Source: an uncultured Rhodospirillaceae bacterium
GTDB taxonomy: Bacteria; Pseudomonadota; Alphaproteobacteria; MPNO01; UBA2964
Length of the DNA stretch: 64,000 nucleotides
NCBI GenBank assembly: GCA_964499275.1
Contig: CAZCKO010000003.1
Coordinates: 21,729 to 85,728, forward strand
Direction: 5' to 3'
The translations under genes and the position numbers were made by a program. Under the pieces are notes generated by a model, which was not told the origin of the DNA, searched no databases, and saw only the letters and a list, made by a program, of their open reading frames with translations. This document shows, one piece after another, positions 42,400 through 51,895 of the stretch (positions are counted from its first letter, which is position 1; the number at the start of each line of letters is the position of its first letter).

Positions 42400-44571
42400 C
42401 TAACGCATGGCTGAAAGTCTTATAGACTCTGGTGTAAATGGCATTCTCCTTAACCTTAGGCCAACCGCATTATAAATCGCGTTAGCAATTGCCCCCGCCG
42501 TTGGTCCTGAAACGCACTCTCCGGCACCCAGAAACCTCTCTTTCGGCCGATCGATTAGGATTGTTTCGATTTCCGGAATATTATCAAACCGAAGGATAGG
42601 ATATGTTTCCCAATCACGACTTGTAATACCACCACGATCGTAAGTAACGGCTTCATAGAGTGTCCAACTTGCTGCTTGAAGAAATCCCCCTTCATATTGG
42701 GCAATCAGTCCAGCACGGTCGATAACTTGTCCTGCATCACCGGCTATTGCCGCCCGAAGCATCTTTACTTCCGCTAGATCATTTACTTCAACCTCAACCG
42801 CGACAGCCGCATAAGCTTGAATATTTTTATACTGTGCGAAGGCAATCCCTATACCCCTGTTCTCTGGAACTTCTGAACCCCAGCCAATTTTAGTAGCGGC
42901 CGTCTGAATAACATCTATAGCCCTTTGATCCGAAAGGTGCTTCAGACGAAATTGTACCGGATCAATGTTTGCCCTCTCTGCCAGCTCATCGATAAAGGAC
43001 TCAATGGCAAAGATATTAGCGAAAGCACCCAATGTTCTCAGAGCGGAAGTTCGGAGGGGCAACCCCTTTACCAAGTTTTTTACAAGCCTCTTATTTTCAA
43101 ATTCATAAAGCGGATCAAGGTTCCGATGCAATCCTGCATGACGAGACATATTTGGTTTCGGAACTAACGGTTCTATGCCAGCTTCAAGATATTTGAGGGG
43201 CAACAATCTTGCTGGACCAGCTCCACCAGGTTCTGGTCTTGGGCGCATGCCATAAGTATCGCTAAATGTCTCCTGTGACCATGCAATAACTTTACCATTT
43301 ACATCAAGGCTCGCCGTAACATCCATTGCCATACAAGAACCGTATGGCTCCCACGCGTGTTCATCCGCCCGTGTCCATTTTAACAAAACCGGTTTTCCTG
43401 GCAGGGCCAATGCAACAAGAGCCACATCAACGGCGGCGTCGTCTGCCCCGTTATGACCGTAACAACCAGATCCAGGAACATGTATGACCGTCAAATTTTT
43501 CAAGTCCCAAGAGAGAGCCTCGGCTAGGCTATCCCGCAGGACATAAACACCTTGGCTATGCGTCCAAATCGTTATTTTTTTACCTTCCGCCAAGGCCATG
43601 GCGGCTGACGGCCCTATAGACCCATGCATTAGATAGGGCTTTTCATAACGCGCGGAGTGGGTTGAAATAGCGTTTTCCGGCGGGGGTACGAGTGGTTCAA
43701 CCTCCGCATTTTGCGGTATTCCCTCCAAAACTGGTAAACTTATTTTGTCATTTGAACTTAACCGCTCGTAGATATCCTGTGGTTCAAGTCCCTTCCCGTA
43801 ATCCCAATCCGACGTGTCGAATAACTTCTCGGCTGCCTTCACCGTCGTGTATTCATCAGGATGTGCAATGGCTAGAAAAGAGCCATCCCGAACCAGATCA
43901 CAACCACCCTTTTTAAGACTTACCGAAACATCTTGGTCAACTGACCTTAAACGCGCTTCGTAATGAGGGGGGCGAACAACACGAGCGTGTACCATATTGG
44001 GCATCTTCATATCCTGAATGAAATATGGCTGTCCGCTGACAATCTCCTTCAAACCACGAGTGATTACCGGTTTGCCAATTACCCTATAGGCATTTGGGTC
44101 CTTAGTTGTGGCGCTTGGATCTACATCAATATCGAAGGGCCGTCCTGCGGCGAGTTCTGCATAGGTAATCGAGCCATTGGTGTCCCGGGATTGGATAAGT
44201 CCGTTAAAAACCTCCAGCGTAGATTTTTCTACCTCTAATACATCAGCAGCTAATGAAAGCAAGTGTCTGCGCGCAGTCGCCGAGGCCGCCCGAACCGCGT
44301 TTCCAGCCTCCTCCATGGAGTTACTGCCAGATGTAATCCCTTCATCAGGATCTACACCGGTTTCAGTGCGGGAAATATTGATCTGATCAATATCTACATC
44401 CAGTTCTTCTGATGCTATCAGTGCCAAGGCTGTAGAAATCCGTTGTCCAATATCAACTTTACCTGTGTGAACCGAAATGCGCCCGTCATCGTTGATAGTA
44501 ATCCACTTATCAAGGCGTGGACTTTTCTTGAGACTATTACTATCAGGCATTACCACCCGCCTGAACAGCAC
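42400..44571 (-). CDS. xanthine dehydrogenase family molybdopterin-binding subunit (isoquinoline 1-oxidoreductase beta / membrane aldehyde dehydrogenase large subunit-like)
   Basis: 723 aa IorB-type architecture. The real start may be the internal Met, MPDSNS.... Confidence 0.8.
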   Translation of the reverse strand: MLFRRVVMPDSNSLKKSPRLDKWITINDDGRISVHTGKVDIGQRISTALALIASEELDVDIDQINISRTETGVDPDEGITSGSNSMEEAGNAVRAASATARRHLLSLAADVLEVEKSTLEVFNGLIQSRDTNGSITYAELAAGRPFDIDVDPSATTKDPNAYRVIGKPVITRGLKEIVSGQPYFIQDMKMPNMVHARVVRPPHYEARLRSVDQDVSVSLKKGGCDLVRDGSFLAIAHPDEYTTVKAAEKLFDTSDWDYGKGLEPQDIYERLSSNDKISLPVLEGIPQNAEVEPLVPPPENAISTHSARYEKPYLMHGSIGPSAAMALAEGKKITIWTHSQGVYVLRDSLAEALSWDLKNLTVIHVPGSGCYGHNGADDAAVDVALVALALPGKPVLLKWTRADEHAWEPYGSCMAMDVTASLDVNGKVIAWSQETFSDTYGMRPRPEPGGAGPARLLPLKYLEAGIEPLVPKPNMSRHAGLHRNLDPLYEFENKRLVKNLVKGLPLRTSALRTLGAFANIFAIESFIDELAERANIDPVQFRLKHLSDQRAIDVIQTAATKIGWGSEVPENRGIGIAFAQYKNIQAYAAVAVEVEVNDLAEVKMLRAAIAGDAGQVIDRAGLIAQYEGGFLQAASWTLYEAVTYDRGGITSRDWETYPILRFDNIPEIETILIDRPKERFLGAGECVSGPTAGAIANAIYNAVGLRLRRMPFTPESIRLSAMR

Positions 44572-45013
44572 GATCGATGGCTTTTAAAACTCTAAGTTGA
44601 GATCCGCAACGACAGAGATGATCAGAAAGGGCCTCAATAATCTCTTCCCTGCTCGGTTGAGGGTTTTTTTTAATCAGCGCCGTAGCTCCAATCACCAAGC
44701 CGGCGGTACAATATCCACACTGAGCGGCCCCCTCTTCTATAAAGGCCTGTTGGATGATAGTGGGCTTACCTTCCACAGCCAGACCTTCGACAGTAGTAAT
44801 TTCTGCGCCAACAAACTCTGAAGCAGCACGCACACACGATAATACCTGCTCACCATTGACTAAAACCGCACAGGAGCCACACTGCTCCAACCCACATCCT
44901 AATTTTGTACCTACTAAATCGAGCTGATTACGAAGAACATAAATTAACGGTGTTTCCGCTAAACAATTAACCTCAAATGTTTCACCATTCACCTTTAAAG
45001 AAAACTTTGCCAT
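44543..45013 (-). CDS. (2Fe-2S)-binding protein, small subunit of IorAB-type molybdoenzyme
   Basis: 156 aa with two [2Fe-2S] cysteine clusters (CGxGxCGxC and CGYCTAG). It overlaps the beta subunit start. Confidence 0.85.
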   Translation of the reverse strand: MAKFSLKVNGETFEVNCLAETPLIYVLRNQLDLVGTKLGCGLEQCGSCAVLVNGEQVLSCVRAASEFVGAEITTVEGLAVEGKPTIIQQAFIEEGAAQCGYCTAGLVIGATALIKKNPQPSREEIIEALSDHLCRCGSQLRVLKAIDRAVQAGGNA

Positions 45014-45026
45014 CCCTTATAACCCT

Positions 45027-46577
45027 TTAACGACTTTTTCGCCTGCTCAAAAGACTACCCGGAATGATCGCTACAAAAAACATTAGGGCCGAAAAAAGAA
45101 AACCTTCACGAAAACCCAGCATCATTGCCTGACTATAAATCGTTGTTCCAAGCTGCTGCAATGCAGCAGATATTTGCAAGGGCTCGGACATACCTGCCTG
45201 ACCCAGATAGGTTTGGAAGGTCCTCAAGAATTCCATCGTCGCTGAATTTCCTGATGTTTGAGTGGCTATATATGACTGGGCATAATGCATAGAACGAAAA
45301 TCGACGAATGTTGCCAAGAGACTGACACCAAATGCACCGCCCAGCTGTCGTGAAAAACTCATCATTCCCGCACCTTGGCTCACTTGTTCCGCAGGCAACG
45401 CCCTCATTGACCCAGTTGTTAATGGAGGAAAAACGAAGCCCAGACCAACACGACCTAAAATTAACCACCAGCCAAAAACCCAAAAAGCTGTATTAGTATC
45501 TGCGCCCGCCATTAAATAACATGAGTACGACGTCATAATCAGACCAACGGTTATTGGAATCCGAGGGCTGATCCAATCGCTTATACGTCCTGTTAGGGGA
45601 AAAACCAATGCGAGCAAAAGCCCCGCAGGCATTAGAAGGAACCCTGCCTTTGTTGGCGTATAACCCTGCACCAATTGAACAAACAGGGGAATCATGTACC
45701 ATAACCCAAAATTACCCGCACCCCACACAAAGGATAAAAGACACCCAGACGTAAACTTCAGATTGCTAAATAATTTTAAATTAAGCATTGGCTGGCGGGC
45801 AATTGACTCCCAAAAGACAAAGCCAATCAATGCCGAAATGGTGACCGTAAAATAAAGCACAATCGTATCAGAACCCCAGCCTTCTCGTGAACCACTGGAA
45901 AGAGCGGACAGCAATGCGAATATAAATACCGAGACGAGGACCAATCCCGGCCAATCCATGTCAGTTCCCTTTGTCTCCTTATCACGCGGTGGCATAAAGA
46001 TCGCAGCCATAACGCTACCTATTCCGCAGAAAGGGAGAACCAGCCAAAATACCGCCCGCCAGTCAAAAGCATCAACGAGGATCCCACCACATGCAGGTCC
46101 AAGCGCTGGAGCCAATACAATACCAAAACCAAAGAATCCCATTGCACGACCACGCTGTTCGGGGGGAAAGGCCTGATAAATCACTTGCAATGCTAAAGGA
46201 TGAATAAATCCCGCACCCAAGCCCTGTAACAACCGGGCAGTTACCAACATATCAAAACTAGTACAAGCAACGCCTAGGATTGATCCGGCGACGAAAATGA
46301 CCATTGAAACGTAATAGGTATTTCGCTTTCCTATTGCTGCAGTCATCCAAGCATTGAGAAGCATGGCCACAGTCATCGTTGCTAGAAATCCAGCGGATAG
46401 CCATTGGGCCTTATCCTGACCAACACCAAATGCACCCATGATATTTGGAATGGCTACGTTAACAATTGTCGATGACAGGATTAAAGAAATATTGCCAGTC
46501 ATTGCCGTCAGGGTTATCAGCCACCGATAGCTTGATCCGTAGCGCAGAGCTAAAGCATCAGCGGTCGACGATGCCAA
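45027..46577 (-). CDS. emrB: MFS transporter, DHA2 (EmrB/QacA) family, 14-TM
   Basis: 516 aa with 14 TM segments. Paired with the upstream HlyD-family gene. Confidence 0.8.
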   Translation of the reverse strand: MASSTADALALRYGSSYRWLITLTAMTGNISLILSSTIVNVAIPNIMGAFGVGQDKAQWLSAGFLATMTVAMLLNAWMTAAIGKRNTYYVSMVIFVAGSILGVACTSFDMLVTARLLQGLGAGFIHPLALQVIYQAFPPEQRGRAMGFFGFGIVLAPALGPACGGILVDAFDWRAVFWLVLPFCGIGSVMAAIFMPPRDKETKGTDMDWPGLVLVSVFIFALLSALSSGSREGWGSDTIVLYFTVTISALIGFVFWESIARQPMLNLKLFSNLKFTSGCLLSFVWGAGNFGLWYMIPLFVQLVQGYTPTKAGFLLMPAGLLLALVFPLTGRISDWISPRIPITVGLIMTSYSCYLMAGADTNTAFWVFGWWLILGRVGLGFVFPPLTTGSMRALPAEQVSQGAGMMSFSRQLGGAFGVSLLATFVDFRSMHYAQSYIATQTSGNSATMEFLRTFQTYLGQAGMSEPLQISAALQQLGTTIYSQAMMLGFREGFLFSALMFFVAIIPGSLLSRRKSR

Positions 46578-47736
46578 CGTTTATCTCCACCATCATTCCA
46601 GGACGAAGTAGTTCACTCTTATTATCGAGATCTACACGGATGCGAATACGCTGAACAATCTTTGTAAAGTTGCCGCTCGGATTAGGTGTGGGGAGCAGTG
46701 CAAATTCGCTCGTTGCTGCGTTGCCTATCTTAGAAATTTTTCCACTGAAAACTCTATCGGGGTAGGCATCAACATGCACTTTTACCGAACTATCATTCTT
46801 TATAAAACGAAGATCGGTTTCCTTAATATTCGCGGACACCCAAATCCTTGCAGGGTCGTGAAGCATGAGTAACCGTTGACCGGCAGAGACAAACTCGCTT
46901 GGATTGACAAAAGTCTTGTCGACGACCCCAGCAAATGGACTGGTTATAAGCCGGTCACGAAGGTTGAGTAAGTGTCTTTGTCGTTGGGCTGACACCTCGG
47001 TTTTACGATGCGTTAACATATTCAGCTGACGATCAAGAACCAATAGTTGTTCGCGATCCGCCGAAGCTTGGATTAATGCGGCCGTTGCGGCTGCCACCTG
47101 CGCCTGAGCCTGTTGAAATGCCTGTTCCGCCTTACGAAACGCATTGCGGCGTTCCTCCCAACGCTGACGAGAGACAACCTTACGGCTTAAAAGGGTTTTT
47201 GTACGCTCAAATTCTGCCATCGCCAGATCTAAATCAGATTTCCTTCCGGCCAATGCGGCTTTTACCGCGGCTACCTGCGAACGTCTCACCGCCTCAGCAC
47301 TATTCGTCTGACGATCAATCATTTTCTTTTCTGTCAAGACACGTGACCGCTCCGCTTCAATTGACTTTAATCGAGAGTCTAATTCACTCAATCTCAGCTT
47401 TGCTTCACGTGCGTCAATAGATACGAGTATCTGGCGTGCCTTAACTTTGTCGCCCTCGCTAACATGAAGCTTAGTGACCCATCCGGATACTCGACTGCTC
47501 ACTGAAACAACATCGGCGGTTATCCGGGCATCATCGATATAAACGTTGGCGTAACGATCATAACCCCAGTCAGCAAGGAGGAATAAACCACCAACGGCGG
47601 CCAGCCCTAGGAAACAATTCCTCACTCCTCGCCAACCACGGTGTATAGGTGATGCACCAGCTTGATAATCTATTTTCTTTACATTCTCAGTGGGACTACC
47701 GTCCAAAATAAAACTCCATAAAAAGCAACCATTCAA
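46558..47736 (-). CDS. emrA: HlyD family efflux periplasmic adaptor (EmrA-like)
   Basis: 392 aa. N-terminal TM anchor, long coiled coil and a beta-barrel C-terminus. It overlaps the emrB start. Confidence 0.8.
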   Translation of the reverse strand: MNGCFLWSFILDGSPTENVKKIDYQAGASPIHRGWRGVRNCFLGLAAVGGLFLLADWGYDRYANVYIDDARITADVVSVSSRVSGWVTKLHVSEGDKVKARQILVSIDAREAKLRLSELDSRLKSIEAERSRVLTEKKMIDRQTNSAEAVRRSQVAAVKAALAGRKSDLDLAMAEFERTKTLLSRKVVSRQRWEERRNAFRKAEQAFQQAQAQVAAATAALIQASADREQLLVLDRQLNMLTHRKTEVSAQRQRHLLNLRDRLITSPFAGVVDKTFVNPSEFVSAGQRLLMLHDPARIWVSANIKETDLRFIKNDSSVKVHVDAYPDRVFSGKISKIGNAATSEFALLPTPNPSGNFTKIVQRIRIRVDLDNKSELLRPGMMVEINVGIVDR

Positions 47737-47830
47737 AAATAGTGAATAAAGTGTATTATCGGTCTATCAATTCTAACGCAACAGAAGCAAACAAACACCT
47801 GTCTACGCTATTAATTAAAAATAGGGAGAA

Positions 47831-48808
47831 ATGATTATGGCTACCAAAGATGGATCACAGGTTATCGCTATCGAAGAGCATTACCTGGATATTGATGTCG
47901 ATGCTAAAGTCAATAAGAAGGCTGGTGGGGGTGAAGAAACACGCAAACGCCTCCTTGACTTGGGAGAGATCCGTGTCAAAGAGATGGATGAGGCAGGAAT
48001 TGATATCCAGGTACTATCGCACTGCCCGCCCGGAGCGCAAGCATTTGAGCCAGACGAAGCTGAAATTCGTGCCGCAGGTGTAAATAATCGCCTTCACGAA
48101 TTTATCCAGACCAAACCAAATCGTTTTGGCGCCTTTGCTACATTACCGACCCGCGCTCCAGAGTTAGCTGCGGATGAATTAGAACGTTGCCACCGTGAAC
48201 TTGGCTTCTACGGGGCTATTGTCCATGGCCTCACCGAGGGTGAGTTTATCGATATGCCAAAATTTTGGCCTATCTTTGAGCGTGCGGAGGCCCTCGATCT
48301 CCCAATTTATCTTCACCCTGGCCGCCCGCACCCAGCCGTAATCGACGCCTACTACAAGGAATATGTAGAACAATACCGTTCCATTTTATCGGCAGGGTGG
48401 GGATTCACGGTAGAAACCGCTACAGCTGGCTTAAGGATGGTTTTAAGCGGTGTCTTTGATAAATACCCAAATCTTAAAATTATCCTTGGCCATATGGGTG
48501 AAGGACTTCCATTTTTAATGTGGAGAATAAACCATTCTTTTGGTGAGATAATCCCTAATCAGGGGGCTATGACCGGCTTCAGTGATATTTTCACCAAACA
48601 TTTTCATATTACCACCAGCGGTAATTTCTCCGACTCGGCGCTATTATGCACCATCATGGAAATGGGGGCGGATCGCATCATTTTCTCGGTTGATTGGCCT
48701 TATGTTGAAAACAAACCTGGTACGGATTGGCTTGAAACAATTTCAGTAAGCCCTGAAGATAAAAAAAAGATCCTGAATGGAAATGCAAAAAAACTTCTCA
48801 GAATGTAA
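47831..48808 (+). CDS. amidohydrolase-2 family protein (ACMSD/gamma-resorcylate-decarboxylase-like)
   Basis: 325 aa. N-terminal AIEEHY (HxH-equivalent EEH) and an amidohydrolase_2 barrel with the conserved His and Asp. Confidence 0.7.
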   Translation: MIMATKDGSQVIAIEEHYLDIDVDAKVNKKAGGGEETRKRLLDLGEIRVKEMDEAGIDIQVLSHCPPGAQAFEPDEAEIRAAGVNNRLHEFIQTKPNRFGAFATLPTRAPELAADELERCHRELGFYGAIVHGLTEGEFIDMPKFWPIFERAEALDLPIYLHPGRPHPAVIDAYYKEYVEQYRSILSAGWGFTVETATAGLRMVLSGVFDKYPNLKIILGHMGEGLPFLMWRINHSFGEIIPNQGAMTGFSDIFTKHFHITTSGNFSDSALLCTIMEMGADRIIFSVDWPYVENKPGTDWLETISVSPEDKKKILNGNAKKLLRM

Positions 48809-48823
48809 ATACTAATAAAATAA

Positions 48824-50263
48824 TTATGTTGATTTTGGTCTGGTCAGCCGTATCAAAAAAAACATCATTAAAGTCGCTACCGCTAAAGGAATTAAGGCAA
48901 AACTGTATGAAGCTGTTACAGCAGGCCCAACCTCTTCGGCGGTAGTCGCACCGCCAAGACCCGCAAGATTAGTAACCAATCCGGCAGTAGCGGCGCCGAA
49001 TGCCGTACCAAGTGATCGGATTGATGTCATGGCCGCAGAAGTTATTCTCTCTTCACCTTTCGCTGCTGCAGACATTGTTCTTGCAATAAGATGTACATTT
49101 TGCATACCCATGCCAAAGCCCATAACAAAAGCCGCTAACGTGAGTACTGATAGCAGTGGCATGGTTGACGTTATGGTTACACCTAGCAAACCGGCCATCA
49201 TCAATAATGGACCAATAGACAGGGCTACAAACTCATTTCGACCCGACCAACCGGACACCAAAAATGTACCAGCGGTCCACCCACCAGAAATTACCAAGCT
49301 AACAAGACTGACATAAATTGGATCAACCCCGTGTACCACCTGCAAAAGTAATGGCAATAACAGGGGCACCGTCGTGTGAACCATACCAACAAATAAAATA
49401 ATCCAGAGAGCCAATCCCACCGGGGAAAAAATCGATAGTGCACCGGTTGGGTAAAGCTTATGCTTTGAGTGTCGATCAAGTTGAAATGCCAACCACGTTA
49501 GAAACAGTGCGCTGGCAATCATTAAAACAATGAAAGGGACTTCCTTGTCACGCCCAGCCAAAGCAATACAGAAAACACCGCCACTCAGAATTAATAACCG
49601 AATTAAGGGGATCTGATTCTTTTTATCGGTTTGTTCTTCATTAGGAAGTTGATTTGGAAGAAAGCGGAGTGCCAGAAAAGCGAAAAGAAGTATTATAGGC
49701 ACCATGCTCCAAAAAGACCCCCTCCACCAACCTATTTGAGCAAATAATCCGCCCATAACAGGGCCTAAAAGCTGAGCCACCATCCACATGGCCTGATAAG
49801 CTGCTAAGACTTTTTTTCGGAGATTTTCTGCGAATAAGCCGCTGATAAGAGCCATTCCTCCCCCCACGACTAAACCACTGGCTAATCCTTGAACACCCCT
49901 GAAAAAATTTAATGTCAACATATCAGGAGACAGCGCACAACCAATGGTACCCGCCAAGAAAGCAATTGCACTCGCCCCATAGCCATGCTTCACACCCAAC
50001 CAATTCCAGAGTGGCCCAACACAAGCCGCGCCGATAATTGACCCTATTGTATAAAGCATTGCCGGCCACGTGTAATAATCTGCACCCCCAACATCTGCTA
50101 CAACCGTCGGCATAATAATTGCGATTACAAGTATCTGGAGAGCATGTAGGCAAACACCGAGAACCACCAAAGTTGTATAAATTCCTCGTCCATCGCGAAA
50201 CAAATCGGCCCAAACTGTCTTTGGTTTCTCGACTTCAGAGTTTATCGTATTCTCGTTATCCAT
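48824..50263 (-). CDS. MFS transporter
   Basis: 479 aa with about 14 TM helices. Confidence 0.8.
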   Translation of the reverse strand: MDNENTINSEVEKPKTVWADLFRDGRGIYTTLVVLGVCLHALQILVIAIIMPTVVADVGGADYYTWPAMLYTIGSIIGAACVGPLWNWLGVKHGYGASAIAFLAGTIGCALSPDMLTLNFFRGVQGLASGLVVGGGMALISGLFAENLRKKVLAAYQAMWMVAQLLGPVMGGLFAQIGWWRGSFWSMVPIILLFAFLALRFLPNQLPNEEQTDKKNQIPLIRLLILSGGVFCIALAGRDKEVPFIVLMIASALFLTWLAFQLDRHSKHKLYPTGALSIFSPVGLALWIILFVGMVHTTVPLLLPLLLQVVHGVDPIYVSLVSLVISGGWTAGTFLVSGWSGRNEFVALSIGPLLMMAGLLGVTITSTMPLLSVLTLAAFVMGFGMGMQNVHLIARTMSAAAKGEERITSAAMTSIRSLGTAFGAATAGLVTNLAGLGGATTAEEVGPAVTASYSFALIPLAVATLMMFFLIRLTRPKST

Positions 50264-50350
50264 AAGGGATGAAGCCCTTGATAATTTTTCCTGTCATGAT
50301 GCCTGCGATTGAGTGATCGGGAAAGAGTATATCACCAATAGGAGGGTGCG

Positions 50351-51031
50351 ATGTTTTATGATACAGAAAAAAATGATCATGGCTTGGAGTATAACCCATT
50401 CAAATCACTCGTTGTCCCTAGGGCCATTGGTTGGCTTTCCACCCTCAGCCCAGAAGGCATCGTTAACCTGGCACCATTTAGCCAGTGGACAATGCTGAAT
50501 TTTGACCCACCTCACGTGATGATCTCTGCTGGTGCCCATCCTGATCGTAATCGCTTGAAAGATACAGTTTGGAATATTGAACAAACGGGCGAGTTTGTTT
50601 TCAATATGGCAACCTACGCGCTTCGCGATGAAGTTAACCTCTCCTCAAATTTCGTCGGACCGGATATAGACGAATTGGAAATGGCAGGACTTACATCTAC
50701 TCCTGCGCAAATGGTCAAGCCACCAAGAGTGGCAGAATCCCCGGTACATATGGAATGTCGCTGGTTTACAACCTTAACCTTACCTGCCAACTCTCCGGGC
50801 CATAATAGCAGCCTGGTCATTGGTAAAGTGGTAGGCATCCATATTGATGACCAATACCTAACTGATGAGGGTAAAGTCGATGTCGTAAAAATCAGGCCAT
50901 TAGCGAGAATGGGTTATTATGACTACACATCGGTCGACTCTATTTTCACAATGCCTCCGTTAGACGAGGGCGAGCTGGCCAAGCGGCGTCGCGTTGGTTT
51001 AGTTGGTGAAGCCAGTGCTAAGAAAGACTAG
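50351..51031 (+). CDS. flavin reductase family protein (FMN-binding split barrel)
   Basis: 226 aa. Flavin_Reduct domain pattern: PRAIGWLST...NLAPFS. Confidence 0.7.
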   Translation: MFYDTEKNDHGLEYNPFKSLVVPRAIGWLSTLSPEGIVNLAPFSQWTMLNFDPPHVMISAGAHPDRNRLKDTVWNIEQTGEFVFNMATYALRDEVNLSSNFVGPDIDELEMAGLTSTPAQMVKPPRVAESPVHMECRWFTTLTLPANSPGHNSSLVIGKVVGIHIDDQYLTDEGKVDVVKIRPLARMGYYDYTSVDSIFTMPPLDEGELAKRRRVGLVGEASAKKD

Positions 51032-51040
51032 AGGAACTAT

Positions 51041-51892
51041 TTATTTCACATCCGGACGTTTATATTTTAGGTTTGGTCCCCCTTTCTGAGACTCAAGATA
51101 AGCTTCTACGTCTCCCAAAGGGTCCATCGCTCTTCTCAACCTTTGTCCAACAAGTTGATCAAGTTGAATAGCCTGAGACATGGAGAGGTCACGACCCATC
51201 TGTACAGTGATCTTCGAATGTTCCAAAGGTGCTAAATGCCGGGATCCAATATTGGTAGCAATTTCAGTGACCGTCTCTTCAAGGTCAGCTGCCGGCAATG
51301 ATTGAGAAATAATTCCCCAGCGATCTGCTTCCTCACCGGAAATATTTTTTCCTACAAGTTGCATAAGGGATACCTTTTTAAGGGGTATAGCGCCATGGAC
51401 TAAAGTGCTGGTAACTAATTGTCCAAAACTGCCCCTTAAAATTTCCGGCATTCCAAACTGCGCATCATCGGCAGCAAAAACCAAGTCGTGGCAATTCATG
51501 ATTCCGAGTGCACCACCCAAACAATAACCGTGGACCTGGGCAATCATAATCCTGGGAAACTCGCGCAAGGCTTCCGCAAGCCGAACCGTAGGCGTAGGCC
51601 TGTCCCAATCGAGTAATCCTGAATTACTAACCGAACGCAAAAAATGTAAGTCCAGTCCAGCACTGTAGACTGAACCCGCACCACGAGTAATTACTACTTT
51701 GATCTCTCGATCAGCTCTAATAATTTCAAGTGATTCAAAAAACGTTGCTACTAGGGCTTCATTTATTGCGTTACGCTTTTCTGGCCGGTTGAGGGTAATC
51801 CGAGAAACACCTTCGTTTTCGAGCCGTTCCAAAACAAGCTCTGGCCACGCCTGCAGGGTAATCCAATTGTTTTCCATAAATTCAACCTTCAA
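51041..51892 (-). CDS. enoyl-CoA hydratase/isomerase family protein
   Basis: 283 aa crotonase fold with oxyanion-hole motifs (AINEAL..., GGALG). Confidence 0.8.
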   Translation of the reverse strand: MKVEFMENNWITLQAWPELVLERLENEGVSRITLNRPEKRNAINEALVATFFESLEIIRADREIKVVITRGAGSVYSAGLDLHFLRSVSNSGLLDWDRPTPTVRLAEALREFPRIMIAQVHGYCLGGALGIMNCHDLVFAADDAQFGMPEILRGSFGQLVTSTLVHGAIPLKKVSLMQLVGKNISGEEADRWGIISQSLPAADLEETVTEIATNIGSRHLAPLEHSKITVQMGRDLSMSQAIQLDQLVGQRLRRAMDPLGDVEAYLESQKGGPNLKYKRPDVK

Positions 51893-51895
51893 GAT

